This document shows positions 1 to 13,500 of a DNA stretch of 64,000 nucleotides, in pieces. A program made the position numbers and the translations under genes. Position 1 is the first letter of the stretch. The number at the start of each line of letters is the position of its first letter. The stretch is taken from contig JBLDXI010000004.1 of NCBI GenBank assembly GCA_047495785.1, forward strand, positions 1,116,001 to 1,180,000, written 5' to 3'. Source of the stretch: Lepidodermella squamata (lineage: Eukaryota; Animalia; Gastrotricha). A model generated the notes under the pieces. The model saw only the letters and a list, made by a program, of their open reading frames with translations, was not told the origin of the DNA and ran no database searches.

Positions 1-1128
1 CGGTTTTTTTCAAGTTCAATAAAAACCGCGGTTTTACGTAAACAGACAAATCCGACGGTTAGACAGTAAGACATCACCAGGAATGTGTCGTCCTAGCTGA
101 AATTGTTAGCGCAAAGATCAGGAGTTGCGTTGGTTATGATAATCAGCTTTGATTCTAAGCGTGAAGGATCATTTGCCAAGTAAGATTCGGCAAAATTCGA
201 ACAAAATCAATCATTCACTGTATAATCGATAATCGATAACCGATACTCCCAGTGTGAAAACAGATGCGCTCAGTGTGTTCAGCGCCTCAGATTACCCCTA
301 GTATTCAACTATCTCCAAATAATTCACAAAACTAACGAAAATATCGCAAAATCAAAATTCACTTCCGCTTTCTTAATTGTTGAGCGGATAATTGGAAAAA
401 AATTTTTCAAAGGAATCGGCAAAACCGCGTCTTTTGATCGCAAAATCCCCTTAGAAATCGATGATTTTGCGCTTAAGCCGACCAACGAGAAATAAATTCC
501 TATACAGAGTACTACGCACTATAAACAGCACTACGCGCGCATAATATTATAAGATATATACTTATTTGAAATATCTGTATAAACCCCAACCCTGTTGAAA
601 ATGCATATTTACTACGCAGGTCAACGGACACCAGCGACTGAAATCGGATTACTCCTTACCTCAACCGTCTTGTTACCGCGGTCTGGGACCGATTGGATAG
701 CGCAAATCATGGTAGCACCCGCATATTTGCTATTTTATAAGAAGTATGCGCTTCATTCAACTTGTTACAGGTGAAATAAGGGCTCTGCCGCGTAAGGTAA
801 GGTGAATAGCCCAGTTTTGAAGCTCGATTTTGAGCTTAAAATATGATTATCCATCAAGGCGAAAAATTCGTAGATAAGTTGTCGTGGTTCATGCTGTTTT
901 CTTTTTTGAAACCTTCTTCTCAATCTTCTCTCCTGTTTGAATACAAAAACTTATGGTGCAGCCATGGGTTTTTTCAAGATAAGTGCCATGAAAGATGAAA
1001 AATCCTCACTTTCTCTTCGATTCGGACTTGAATCGGATGTGGAGGGAAAATACCTTTAAACCGTTTTCAGAATTGTCATAGCTATCACAGATCTTGAGAA
1101 AATTAGCTGTTTTTCTTTTTTTTAATGC

Positions 1129-1161
1129 TTTATTTATTTATTTATTATTTATTTATTTATT
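1129..1161. repeat. (TTTA)n microsatellite
   Basis: Tandem ttta units read directly. Confidence 0.9.
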
Positions 1162-1372
1162 TGAAAGCTCATACGCCCAAGAGAGGGCAGCTTGACAATG
1201 TTAAGGAAAACAACATATAATTGCAGGACAAGTTCAGATTATAGGACAGGAAAGGTGTAGTAGGAGAAAACAAAGTTATAGATCAGACACTCGATCAATT
1301 CTGTTCTGATGTAACTGAGCAACAAAATCGCAACAAGAATCGTTAAGTATATCTTGTGTAAAAAATCAATGT

Positions 1373-1525
1373 CAGCATGTTTGCGAAGTTCGGAGTCCAA
1401 GCTGCTTTCAGGCCCGAATGTATACCTAACGGTCCCACTATGGGTCTAAGGGTCCCACCTGCGGTTTTCTTGTGGTTTTCAGGTCTGAACCTCTTGAGGA
1501 CCCTCACTGGCCTTGGCCCCACCTC
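1373..1525. repeat. Dispersed repeat, second copy at ~18633-18785
   Basis: Shared text atgtttgcgaagttcgg...gtccaagctgctttcaggcccgaatgtat...gggtcccacctgcggttttcttgtg...ctcactggccttggcccca. Confidence 0.85.
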
Positions 1526-1887
1526 CCGGACAAAAAAGTTTGAGTAAATTAACATTGTAAATTCCTGTATTTTGGTGTGAATTGCAGTTTATTCTGGTAT
1601 TTTCATGTCAGCAAATCAGGAACCAGCTCAGCGATCCGGAATTCAGCGTTGTAAAACAGGGTTTTTCGTTTTTCGGCCGAGAAACTTCATGTAAATTCGT
1701 GTAAACCCTGAAATTCGGTCATGTAAACTCATGGATCTTCGTCCTTCAGTTATTTCTTCGATGTATTTCAATGGAAGCTGTACGATTTCTCGTCTGAAAC
1801 ATCCTCACATGATTTTACATCCTGAAAACGACGTTGTATTCTCATGTAGGAAGATCGATCGAATAAAAAGTAAATAAATTTTTAAAA

Positions 1888-2600
1888 CTAGCAAAACAGG
1901 CGGGCGCAAGCGCCCGCCAATGTATTTATACTTCCTATTGAAAGCGTAATACTGCCTGAAACCCCTCAATGAATGTTAACGACCGTGTTTCTCATTCTTA
2001 ATATCACTCTTGAGTAAGTAACTTGAAGCATTGCGTTAAATTTCCCTAAGGCTGCGGAATAAGACTCCAGCTATTGAGTATCCCCTTATATCTGGAAGTG
2101 AGCGCGAGCATCTTTCGATGATCAACTCAAGATCAACTCGAAATCAAGAAAAATATGCATACCTTATACTTCCTAATCTCTAATTTATTGACATGGCACA
2201 TGTTCAGAGAATTAGCAATCAATAACGAAATGGAGAGTTCACGTAAGTATCTTCATCCATGTTCATTCATTCAAGTCCATGTTTCTTTTTTCTTTACTTC
2301 CGTCCGTCTCTTGGTTGACGACTTGATAGAACATTTGAGAGATCTTGAGCGGACTTTTTCGAGAAAATAAGCACAGCCGTAGGTGCAATTCCTTGACGAT
2401 TCATTGAGATGACTGAAACATGATGTACAATCTTGCCTCGTAGAATGGATCAATCAATCTGATTTCTTTCATCAGAGTAGTCTACACTACTTGAGATGAA
2501 ATTTCGGTTCTCCGTAGCAAACAGCATTTGATAGACAGTTGCCAGTGTTCCAAGCGAATTGCGCCATTATGGCCATTATGACACGTTGGTTTTAGAGCCA
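1888..2600 (-). mobile_element. Helitron 3' end and decayed body; the other boundary is uncertain
   Basis: On the minus strand a GC hairpin ggcgggcgc-tt-gcgcccgcc (1899-1918) is followed after 7 nt by CTAG then T, the canonical Helitron 3' terminus. A broken OTU-like peptide TGNCLSNAVCYGEPKFHLK* lies at ~2490-2546. Confidence 0.5.
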
Positions 2601-3432
2601 TAGTCATTGCATCTTTAATCACAATCCTGAGAACTGAGTAGAGAAGGTGATGCATTGACTCATGTTATTTCAATGCTATTTACCTCATATCCTCTAAAGT
2701 TTTCAGAAGAACTTCATCGTCACCTTCTTTCTTCCTTTCAGATGTTAAAGGTAAAATGATGCTCTCAACTCTCTAAGATAGATCAAATGTTAAACAACAG
2801 CTCATGCAATCATAGCTTAGTCAACTATTGAAAGATACTACTCTGCGGCTTAGATCATAACAGCAGTTCAAGATTCATTCCGTCTCACATGATAATCAAT
2901 CCAAGAAAGTATCAGACATAAGATCTATGATAGAAAGAACGAAGAACACAACTTTAACGATAGTGACAACGACTGCCCTGGTCAAGGCTTGTAACAGCTC
3001 CTCCTAAGGTTGATGAATCAAGACTCAATGATTTAGGTAGCCAATGCTTACTGGCAACACCGAACCGGAAGCTAAGCATTCTTATACTGATAATAATGAT
3101 AAAGAAGTTCGCAGTGCAAAATGTGCAGAACGCAGAACGCAGACCATGGCCCGCGCGTCCTCGTCGCTTAGGGCGCGCAACCTGAAAACCTGTGATTTGC
3201 TCGCGTTATTTAATTTTCACACGAATTAAATATTTTAATTTTGTCATCGACAATTAATATTTTAATAAAAGAAAAAATATAAATTAATGCGTTTGATAAT
3301 TTTATAAGAGAGAATACTCTGACATTAGGTTTTTAAATTTTGGCGCGAAACCCGGACCCTTACGTTTTTTATGTTGTTGATTCAGTCGATATTCAGTTTC
3401 GCACCCTTTTTCTTGTGCGTAAGCGTCTATCC

Positions 3433-3835
3433 TTAATTATGTCTAAGGTAAACAAGCAAGGCGGCGTAATCGCTGAGAGATTTGAATTCGTTTCCAACTG
3501 AGCTGTCCCCGTTTCCAGGACAACCTGGCTGCTTGACGTCTGTCTGAAGCAGAGCTGTTGACCCTAGGGCCAGACAAAGCAAAGCCGAACGATAATACGG
3601 CTCTCCTATCAGCACGTTGGCAGGTGTTTCAATCGCCATGGTAATACAGCAGTTAGCAATAACTGGGAGTAAGCTCTACAGTAATTATCGTAGAATCCGA
3701 AAATCGATACGCAGATATCAATACAGCTTAGATTTTGGTTAAATAAATAAACTTTTTTAAGCTCAGTTCTCAGCCACAACAGCAGCTATAGCTAGAAGCC
3801 AGGCTAACAGGAAATCCTTGAGAAGAGAAAATCAT
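3433..3835 (-). pseudogene. Possible heavily decayed member of the Cys-module family, head-to-head with gene 1
   Basis: Broken signal-like stretch (LKDFLLAWLLAIAAVVAEN*) and frameshifted module-like pieces GQQLCFRQ / PGCPGNGDSSVGNEFKSL. Confidence 0.3.
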
Positions 3836-4559
3836 TTGATTGGACACCATTTGCGAAAAACGGTGGAAAATAAATAATTGTAACTAGTTATTCATTGAAA
3901 CGAACGGCGATTTAATTTTACGAGCTCGCCGTCGTCTGTTTTTCACTGCGCACACCGGCACGCGACTTTTCAAGTGTGGCTGTCCACTGTCCAGTTCCAG
4001 GAAAACAGCTGCGCAACTCATTTGGGCGAGTGGTATATAGGTCATTTGGGGTGATGGTGTTTTTAAAGCTGGTTTCAGCACATTTCTCCTGTTTTTCCAG
4101 TAGACCCGAAAAATCGGACAAGAAAAGGTTCGATATTTACCGAAGTGAATCTATGGATTTCTGCTTACCGTACTGCCCGGAAAAAAAACATATATGACAT
4201 ATATTTTTTCAAACGTTGATGAACCGTAACGTTGATTTGAAACGTAAATGTTAGATATTTCTTGTGTAGTCCGTGCCTAATTGCGTCCATTTTGTGTTCA
4301 TTTTTTCCTTCAAATCATAATAAAATGGAATATGCTTCAAAACTGCACTCAATCGAGACAAAACACGGACTTGAACTCTTCAACACGCGCCGAAAAAAAC
4401 ACGTGGCACGTGACACGGTCCATCGCACCACAAAGAATGACGCCGTAAAAATTATCAAAAACAACAACAACACCGTCATTGACGATTCATTCGATTTACA
4501 TTTTTCAGAATTCATATCGTGAATTTTTAATTTATTTTTTCCAAGGCTCATTCGATCAG

Positions 4560-7500
4560 ATGGTTTCGTATCACTTTGCTGTGCTGCTAACCCTATTACT
4601 GGCGTCAAGTGAACCGGCTTCCGGTAAAGAATTGAACTGGGTTCGCTGCTTCTCGCAGTTCAGCAACCGATTCACCAACTGCGTACCAGCTGCCAATGGC
4701 TGTAATCCACTCACCGAATACCAGGTTTTCAAGGATTTACTTACATGCCGTAACATGATGATTGTTGAATTTTTCACCAACTAGTGGGGCGGCATTTTTC
4801 GAACAACTGGCGTCTGCAACACTGGGGTTAGTTTTATTCTTCAGTTTTTTCTTTTTAATCAATGCCATGTTTTGTCTAAAGAATGCCCGAATGTGCTACA
4901 AATACGAGGCTCTCACTCCGTTTTGCGTACCTGGTAACATTGGCTGTAACAACCCGGGTGATATGAATGTTTCCCTTTTTCCATTTTTTCAAGTTTTTAA
5001 ATCTTATTTTTCTGTTTTTTTTTACGTCGTTGATCTAATACGATTCTTGTATTTCAGACGTTCTGGTTCAACGATCAGAATGCGACGTTGAGTTTAAAAT
5101 ACAACCTCAACGAATGCGAGAAAAAGAAAGCTGCATTCGACGTAAGATTTCAGGAAACTTGATCATTGCGGCGATATGATGCTTTCAATTTGTATCATTC
5201 AAGAATTTAAAATTCAGGCGCTGTACGTCGAACAACGTCATCAAGACTTGTGTTCCGGATCCGTATTCCTGCCCAAACAACTGGGTGTGCAATTTGCGCC
5301 GTTGTGGATATCGTATTTTTGATTATCGGTTTCGTTTCGCCTACAGGTTACTGAATCAACTGTGTATCTCGGTCTCGTCTTATGCACCGATGGATCAGGT
5401 TTGTGAAATTGATGTATTTTATCCATAGACAACTCCATACAGATCGGAAACTAGCGATCTTCCTATAGTAAATAAATTCACACCAAAACGTGAAAACGTA
5501 GGCACGCGACCTTTATTTTTATTCACCCATCGCTCTATCCACCCATTGTAATTTTTTCGATTTTTAATTAGTTCCTAAAATTACCAGAGGAAATCTTTCA
5601 TTTCCCACAGATTTCAAAAAAATATTCCGGAATACTAGAAGCACTACTCTATCGAATGAGTCCCGTCTCACTAGACGGTTCTTCTTTCTAACTTTTTTAA
5701 ACTTTTCTTGAAGTTGGTCACTTTTACATCGCCATCGCCATTTATCGCCATTTTAAAAGTCTTTCATGACGGTAAACTTCTTTATACAATTTTTTGAAAA
5801 TTTCAGAAAAATCATTTTATCCACGATTAGAATTTTCTCTATCCGGCAATATAAAACTTCTCCAACTTTCCGATTTTTTTCAACTTGGTAAAATTCTCAT
5901 GTAGCTAGTTCTCCTTCAGATAACGAAAAGTGACCAATGGGTCCAAAGTCCATTCCAAAGGTCCAAAAAAAAATTGAATACCAAGTTGAAAAAAATCGGA
6001 AAATCGGTAAATAAAATTATTGGAGAAGTTTTATATTGCCGGATAGAGAAAATTCTAATCGTGGATAAAATGATTTTTCTAAAATTTTCGCACATTTCCC
6101 CACCCGCCGGTGTTTCCTCCGCGCGCGCGCTCCTATTGGCTGGGCCTTGTTGCGCAACAACTAAGATAATTACAGCCTTCGTGCGCGCGCGCACGGATGA
6201 GAGCAAAGACGGCTGCGCCCGCCCCCTCAGATTCGGTGATTTAAAGAAGGAGCTGAGCTCAAAAAGGAGCTGAGCTCTAACGAAGCTGAGCTCCCTGAAT
6301 ACCGCGCGCGGTCAAGTCAAAGGCCAAGTTCATGGAACAATGTCGGTTTTAATACCAAAATATAGATCGTTCAATTCTCTATCGACTGAATATAGGTTTG
6401 TCGCTCGAAAACTAAACAGAAAAAAGTTAAGTTGGTAAATAAATTAATGCCATTTGCGCGCACTCTCAAGCGATATGCACACTTAAATACGCAATCTAGC
6501 ATGGGCGTAAAACCTTTTCTGATTGATTTTTTCCATCGAGAAATCTACATTCGATCGATAGAGAATTGAACGATCTATATTTTGGTAGTAAAACCGACAT
6601 TGTTCCATGAACTTGGCCTTTGACTTGACCGTGCGCGGTATTCAGGGAGCTCAGCTCCGTTAGAGCTCAGCTCCATTGAGCTCAGCTCCTTTTTGAGCTC
6701 AGCTCCTTCTTTAAATCACCAAGTACGGAGCGCTGAGTCAGCGAAATGGTTTCTTGACAACATTTTGGATTATCATGTATTTTGTTCTTATTTGCCTATC
6801 GATTGAATAGAAAATAAAAAATGGGGCGCGCGCTAAATTCAAATTTTACCTAACAAATTGCAAAAGCGCGCACCGATGGCACGAGCTATTTTTTGTGAAT
6901 TTGGGGTAATTTCATCAAAATATAGCTTGAGACTCTAGCCATTTGATTATTTTCGCGCTACATCGAATTGATTGAAAAATGTTGATTGAAAAAAGTTTGT
7001 GCGTTTGAAAAGTTACCGCTCATCACCGGAGCCGATTATAATATGAAGTGGATGTAAAATTCCTTAGAATGATCAAAACTCAAGCGTTTCTAAAAATGTA
7101 GAAAAATTGCGATTTCATAAAAGCGACATAATATCATGATGAACCATGGTTGCGCGATTTTATTTTGCTTGGATAAATTTTTGAGCACCCTGTCGATTGT
7201 AAGGCATCATCATTTCTTGCATATCTTCATGATTTGCAATTTCTTGAAACTTGGTACTAATTGAAAATGTAGGTACTCTCGATGCGTGCGCTTCACATGA
7301 AATACTGGACTTGTTCAATTCGGGCTAGCTGACTTGTGGTTTTCTTGTGATTTTGCAGCGCGCGCGTAGAAAGCTGCAATCATTTGTTGCGCAATAAATG
7401 CGCGCAACGTGCGGTTACGCGTAAATTTAACCAGCCAATAGGAATGCGCGCGCGGAGGAAACACCGGCGGATGGGGAAATGTGCAAAATTTTCAAAAAAT

Positions 7501-10500
7501 TGTATAAAGAAGTTTACCGTCATGAAAGACTTTTAAAATGGCGATTGAAACCATAGCTTCTAAGTTCGGGAAATCAGGAAATACCGTATTTCATCCAATA
7601 GTAGCCATGGCTATCATGTTTTTCTAACTCAAAAATAGTCAAATGAAATTGGGCAATTATTCGAGGGGATTATTATTGGAGCTAGGTTGCTATTACAATT
7701 GGTCGAGGCTATGTGCATCCCCTAAAAAAGGTACAACTAAGTTGCTATGTCTACCCGGTGGGTACAAGTAAATTGCTATGTGTACCCACCTCAGAATATG
7801 CTGAAATAATATCAAAAACGATGGGAAAACATGTGAAATCGGCTATTAGAACATATCAGATTTATAGTGCGTTCACAAACTACTTCGGAGACTGACCGCT
7901 TCGGAGAGCGAAGTACAAACTTCGGAGAGAAATAGCGAAACTTAGGCGGCCTTGTCATTGATCAGTGGCATTTTCTACGCGCGCGCGCAGCGTGACGACG
8001 GAAGTTTCTATTGTTCCCTGCCGATGTTTGGCCGCGCGCTCACATGCAACGCTCGGGTATGGCTCCTACTCAGGGTCAATGCAATTTTTTTCCATTTAAC
8101 CTTAATTCTCCAAATTGTTTGCATAACGAGACGCGCCTTCTGATGAGGATAAAAACAAGCTGAATTTCAGCGCTAAGTTCACCAGATTGTGTGCGCGCCT
8201 ATTGTTCAAACTTCGGCCGCTTTGGCCGAAGTGCGCGCGTTTGTGAACGAAAATCTAAACTTCGGGCAGCGATTGCGCAACTTCGGGGCCTGTTACGAAA
8301 TTCGGAGGCCGAAAACTTCGGACGCCTCTTCGAAGTAGTTAGTGAACTAATAGTGCATTAGGCTGCGATCTTGGTAGCGCCTTATGCCATCTTTAATCAT
8401 CGCGTCTAATTGCTGAACACGTGATCAAGCAATGATAATTGCAGCGAGAATAGAAAAGAAATCCACACCACGACGCCATTTCACTGTTAGGGCCCGAGCC
8501 CGATTTCGGCCCGTACGCGCTCCGGCCGGCCCATACGCAGACGGGTAGCATTGATTTGCCACTCCGCGCTCGGGCCGGTTTAAAACATGCCCGTATGCGA
8601 CGTTTACTGTAAATTTAATAAATTCGAGAGAATCACGCTTCACCGCACACGGGCCGGCCAAGGTGCCAGCCCGAGCACGGCGGAGAACAATGGGATCCAG
8701 TGCTATTGTTCAGCGCCGTACTCGGGCCGCCGGGCTCGGGCCGGGTCTTGGTTAAATTTTCGGGGTGGGCGTTGGTTGTAGGATGGCCCGAGCCCGGCGA
8801 CCCAATCCCGACGACCCGATTTCAGAGGCCCGAGCCCGGCGGCCCGAGTACGGCGCTGAACAATAGCACTGGATCCCATTGTTCTCCGCCGTGCTCGGGC
8901 TGGCACCTTGGCCGGCCCGTGTGCGGTGAAGCGTGATTCTCTCGAATTTATTAAATTTACAGTAAACGTCGCATACGGGCATGTTTTAAACCGGCCCGAG
9001 CGCGGAGTGGTAAAGTGCCATTACCCGACCGCGTACGGGCTGACCCGAACGCGTTCGGGCCGAATTCGGGCTCGGGCCCCAACATCACTATTTCAAATTG
9101 AAATATGGTAGCTTTTTCCAAATAAACTTGCTTCAAAAACCGCGCCGATTTTGGAGAGGCGCTCAAACAGTTTCGTAAGGAAACTTACCAACGTAACAGG
9201 CATCCGAAGTTGCGCAATCGCTGCCCGAAGTTTAATTTAAACAGCCCGACGTCATTTTCAATAATAATATAATAATAATAGTTTTATTTAGCCTCTCCTA
9301 GACTGCACGTCATTATACCGTTTCCGGTTTTGAAGAGGGCGAAGGCAGGCAAAGATTGATAATTAATCCTTACCCACCCCCACAGTTGAAGATTCTGCTT
9401 TTTCCGAAAAATTCATAATTATCAATCGAGTTAACAATCATGCGCCATTCATCTTTTTCAAAGGATGCGAGTTCAGCTAATTGTAAATCAGGAATAATTT
9501 TAGTTTCAAATTTATTTTCGCCGGGTTTTTTCTTATCACCTTTTTTCTTTGTGACCTTATCCTTTTTGTCTTTCTTAATGTTAGATTTCTTTTTCCGGCG
9601 TATTTCCTTAGTGAGTCCTACTTTAATCAAACTCCTATGCACTCCGTTTATCCACCTGGTCCGGGGTCTTCCTCTGGGTGCAAACCACCCGAACGGGGGC
9701 ATCCAGGTATAAATTTTATTTATTAGACCTTTTTCATCGTAATCACGTGATCTAACAATGTGTCCTAAATATCTTAAGCGTTGTTTTTCGACTATGCGAC
9801 TCACTTCAATGAGCCCTCCGCATAGAGCCAGCCTAATATCGATATTTGGAATGTAGTCCATTAGGTGGACACCTACTATTGATCGAAGCCATCGATACTC
9901 TATTGTATTCAGCCTATTTTCTTGGGCTATCGAGATGTTCCATGATTCACAGGCGTAAATGATGGTAGGTATTATCACGCAAGTTAGGACCTTTAATTTT
10001 GTCGATATGGAATCCTGATTCTTATTGCACATAAACTTATTCATAGCCCCGAATACACTACCAGCCTTAGAGATCCTATAATTTAATTCCTCGTCAATTT
10101 TGCCATCGCTGGTGATAATACTGCCTAGATATTTGAATTTGGTAACTTTTTCAAGTTTTTTACCATTTAGTTCTAATTCGTATTTGCAGGTTGCTGTCTC
10201 GTCCTTAGCGATAATCATATATTGGGTTTTAGCAACGTTAATTTTAAGTCCTAATTCGGTGCATTCTAAGTCAAATATTTTTAGCAACCGTGAGATTTCG
10301 TCATGATTCATGCCCAATAGAGTTCCATCGTCCGCGAATGCAAGTAAATTCAGAAAATCCTCGTCACTAATTGGAAAACCGACTTTTTCCTCCGATAATT
10401 GTTCGCAGATTTTGTTAAAAGTTGCAATAAATAATAAAGGTGACAGCGGACATCCTTGCCTAAGACCCCTAGTTACATAGAAAAAATCTGAAAGTTCAGA

Positions 10501-13500
10501 GTCAACCTTAACTGCTACTTTGTTCACCTTATAAAGACTTTGTATAGCTTCAATTAGACTGGAATCCACACCCATGTTTTTGAGGGCTGTCCAGACCTTT
10601 TCTCTGTCGACCAGATCATAGGCTTTTTCGAGGTCGATAAAAACTAAATGCAATTCTTTTTTGAAGAATATTATTTTTTCTATAATTTGTCGAAGTACAA
10701 ATATGCAGTCTCTAGTGCCCTTTAGAGGTTGAAAACCGAATTGTAGTTTCGAGATTTTTGATCCTATCAATGCTCTCAATTTTCTTTCCAGAATAATGGC
10801 ATAAAGTTTACCTACTACACTTAGTAGACTAATACCTCGGTAATTTTGACACTTACATTTTTCGCCCTTATTTTTGTAAATTGGGGTAATTATGGCAGTT
10901 GACCATTCCTCAGGGACCATTTTTTCGCTCCAGGCTTGGTTCAGAATTTTGCTGAGCCATTTAATATTGGTTTCACTTAGGGCTTTAATCATTTCAGGTC
11001 GGATTTCGTCGATCCCCGGGGCCTTCCCATTTTTCATGTGGTCAATAGCGTTCTTAATTTCGGTTAGCGTAATTTCAGTCAAGCTCGGGTTTTCAGGGGG
11101 AATATTTGGTTCAGGGTTATCAGGCTCATTTTCAAGCCCTTGTAAAAGTTCCATAAAATAGTTTTTCATTACGTCCAAAATTTCGTCGATACCGTTGGTA
11201 AGGGAGCCGTCCTCTTTTTCAAGCGGGTGGGCTTCACTTTTTTCCTTATTTTCTCCCCTCAGCCTTTTGATTTCCAACCAGAATTTTTTGATATTTTCAT
11301 AGTCCAACGGATTTTCTATCATTTTGTCTAATTCAGAAAATTCAGATTGATCCTTCAGTACCTTTAAACGTTCAAGGGCATGATTTTTTTCATTTCTAGC
11401 AATGGTATAATGTTCTCGGTCTATGCGGCCCTTGGTATAATTTTTGAAATTTTCTTTACCTTTTTGGATGATTTGGTTTGCTAATGGGGTCCGCCAGGCG
11501 GGTTTTTCACTTACGGTACCAATTTTTCGTTCCCCACAGGTGGTTCTAGCGGCATCTAGCAGGTTAGATTTAGTGTTTACCCAGGTATCATCTATTGATT
11601 TGGGCTTATTTTCACTGCTCGAGGCTATCGTTGTCAAATTATTGTTAAACTTTTCACTGAATTCCTCTTTCCTCAGCAGTTGATGTTTTATAGATTTTTT
11701 TATTTCAACTCGTTTTCTATTTAGATTTGGGCAATTTATAACACCTCGAACGAGCCTATGATCTGAGTCTAGGATGGAATTTTCTTGTATGTCACAATTC
11801 AGAAACTTGTTTTTATCCTCTTTATCTACCAAAATGTAGTCTAAAAAAGACCTACGCTCTGTCTTGCCGCTGCCCCTTTGCCAGGTGTAACCAATATTTG
11901 GAAAAAATGTGTTGACAAAGCATAGATTATTGCTATTTGCAAATTCCAGCCATAAATTGCCTTTATCGTTTCCGATAATGTCGCTGTAAGGGCCTACAGA
12001 TTTGGAATTTTTCGCGCTCAAAATTCGGCCGTTCAAATCACCCATTATAATAGTAGTTCCTTTTTTCGAGTTTAAACGCGAGTATTCTTGTTGCAGGACT
12101 TGGAGGAAAGCGTCTAGAGATTTAGTACAACTATTTGCTGGTGCGTAAACAGATATTATATTATACATATCGCGATTTACTTTTAGTCGAGCCGATATAA
12201 TGCGTTCATTGATGTTTTTAACCTCGATTACAAGTACGTGTTTACGCCGACGCACATAAATGCCTGTTCCTGATTGAGCCCTACCATCATTTACGCCGCT
12301 ATAGTAAAGTGTACCATGTCTAAGATTTATATGGCCTTGGCCTTTTAAGCAGAGCTCTTGCACAGCCACTGCGTCATATAAACAAAATTCGTGATTCGCC
12401 TCTTCTTGTTTCTTATTTAAGGTGGTTGTATTTATAGTGCAAATTTTAAAATGAATATTTTGACTAGAATTTTCATCCGAAATTTTTGACTGGCGCAGGA
12501 TTGTTTTACTCTTACTTTTTTGCCGATTCTTTAGTATTTTTTTGCCCTTCTTCGCGTTGCCTTCGTCCTCTTCATGAGTTTCATCACAGCTAGTAGAAAG
12601 CACAAGTAGATCGTCATCATTTAGGTCTGTCAGCAGTTCGTATCGGTTTTTGCATGAGGGTGGGTTCCGGTCCTACCAACGCCTGCCGCCTTGGCCGCCG
12701 CCTTGCCCGGCGTATCCCCATCCGCCACGGCCTTGATTGTTGTAGATGCCGTTGTAGCCATTGTTGTTGTTCCGGTAACTGCCGTTACCGGAGTAATTGC
12801 GGTTGTTCGGTCGGTACTGCTGTTGGTGGTGGTTCCGTTGGTGGAGATACTCGCCGTCTTCGTCAGGGTTCGGGCAGTGGTACTGAAGATGACCAAAGCC
12901 CCCGCATTTGTAACACTGTGGTTGCCCCGTTCGTTCCGGTTCAGGTTTGTAGTCTTCGTTTGGCTGATGTACCTGCACGAGTTCTTTTGCGAGCGAACAA
13001 TAACTAGTGAGCAGCGTTTTTCCTTGAGTGATGTTTGCGCCTCTGATTTTGATGCCCTGGTATCCTTGGTCCTCAAGCGCCTTCTTCTCTACCTGAAGGA
13101 TTTCTTCGACGTCACGCATGTGCCCCGTCTTTACCGTACTCACTTTGAGCTCTGCCTTCCACGATTTCGCCTCTCGGAAGATCATTTCTCTCGACCTACG
13201 GGTGTCTTCGATAAGCTCGATGATCACCGTGCCGTTGGCCTTTCGTTCCTGAGGTCGCCATCTTGGTAGATTTTTTGGCAGTAGCTTTCGTACTTCTTCC
13301 TCCCAGTTTGCTTCAGGTAAACCGGTGATTTCGAGCCGGTCTTGATTCGCAATTTTTTCCACCAGGTGCTGTTTTCTCTCGGCCTCTGCCTCTCTTTGGT
13401 TCGTTGCGATACCAACCAGGACGTCGGTCTGGATGATGGAGACTGAGCGTCTCATCTTGTCTCGCAGTTCCACATTGTCTACCTCGTCGATGAGGGAGTT

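Larger units (their letters stand above)
5744..7545. mobile_element. Non-autonomous TIR element containing two nested foldback elements
   Basis: 5744-5803 plus 6083-6145 are the reverse complement of 7430-7545; the left arm is interrupted by an inner palindrome. Confidence 0.75.

Noticed and set aside
6244-6710. CRISPR-like array from the GAGCTGAGCTC repeats
   Set aside because: No unique spacers of regular length, no cas genes, eukaryotic context; they are subterminal repeats of a foldback element.
8425-9166. Paired identical short ORFs on both strands
   Set aside because: Produced by the GC-rich palindrome; not genes.
9440-13269. Plus-strand ORFs over the LINE
   Set aside because: Antisense shadows of ORF1 and ORF2 with no motifs.
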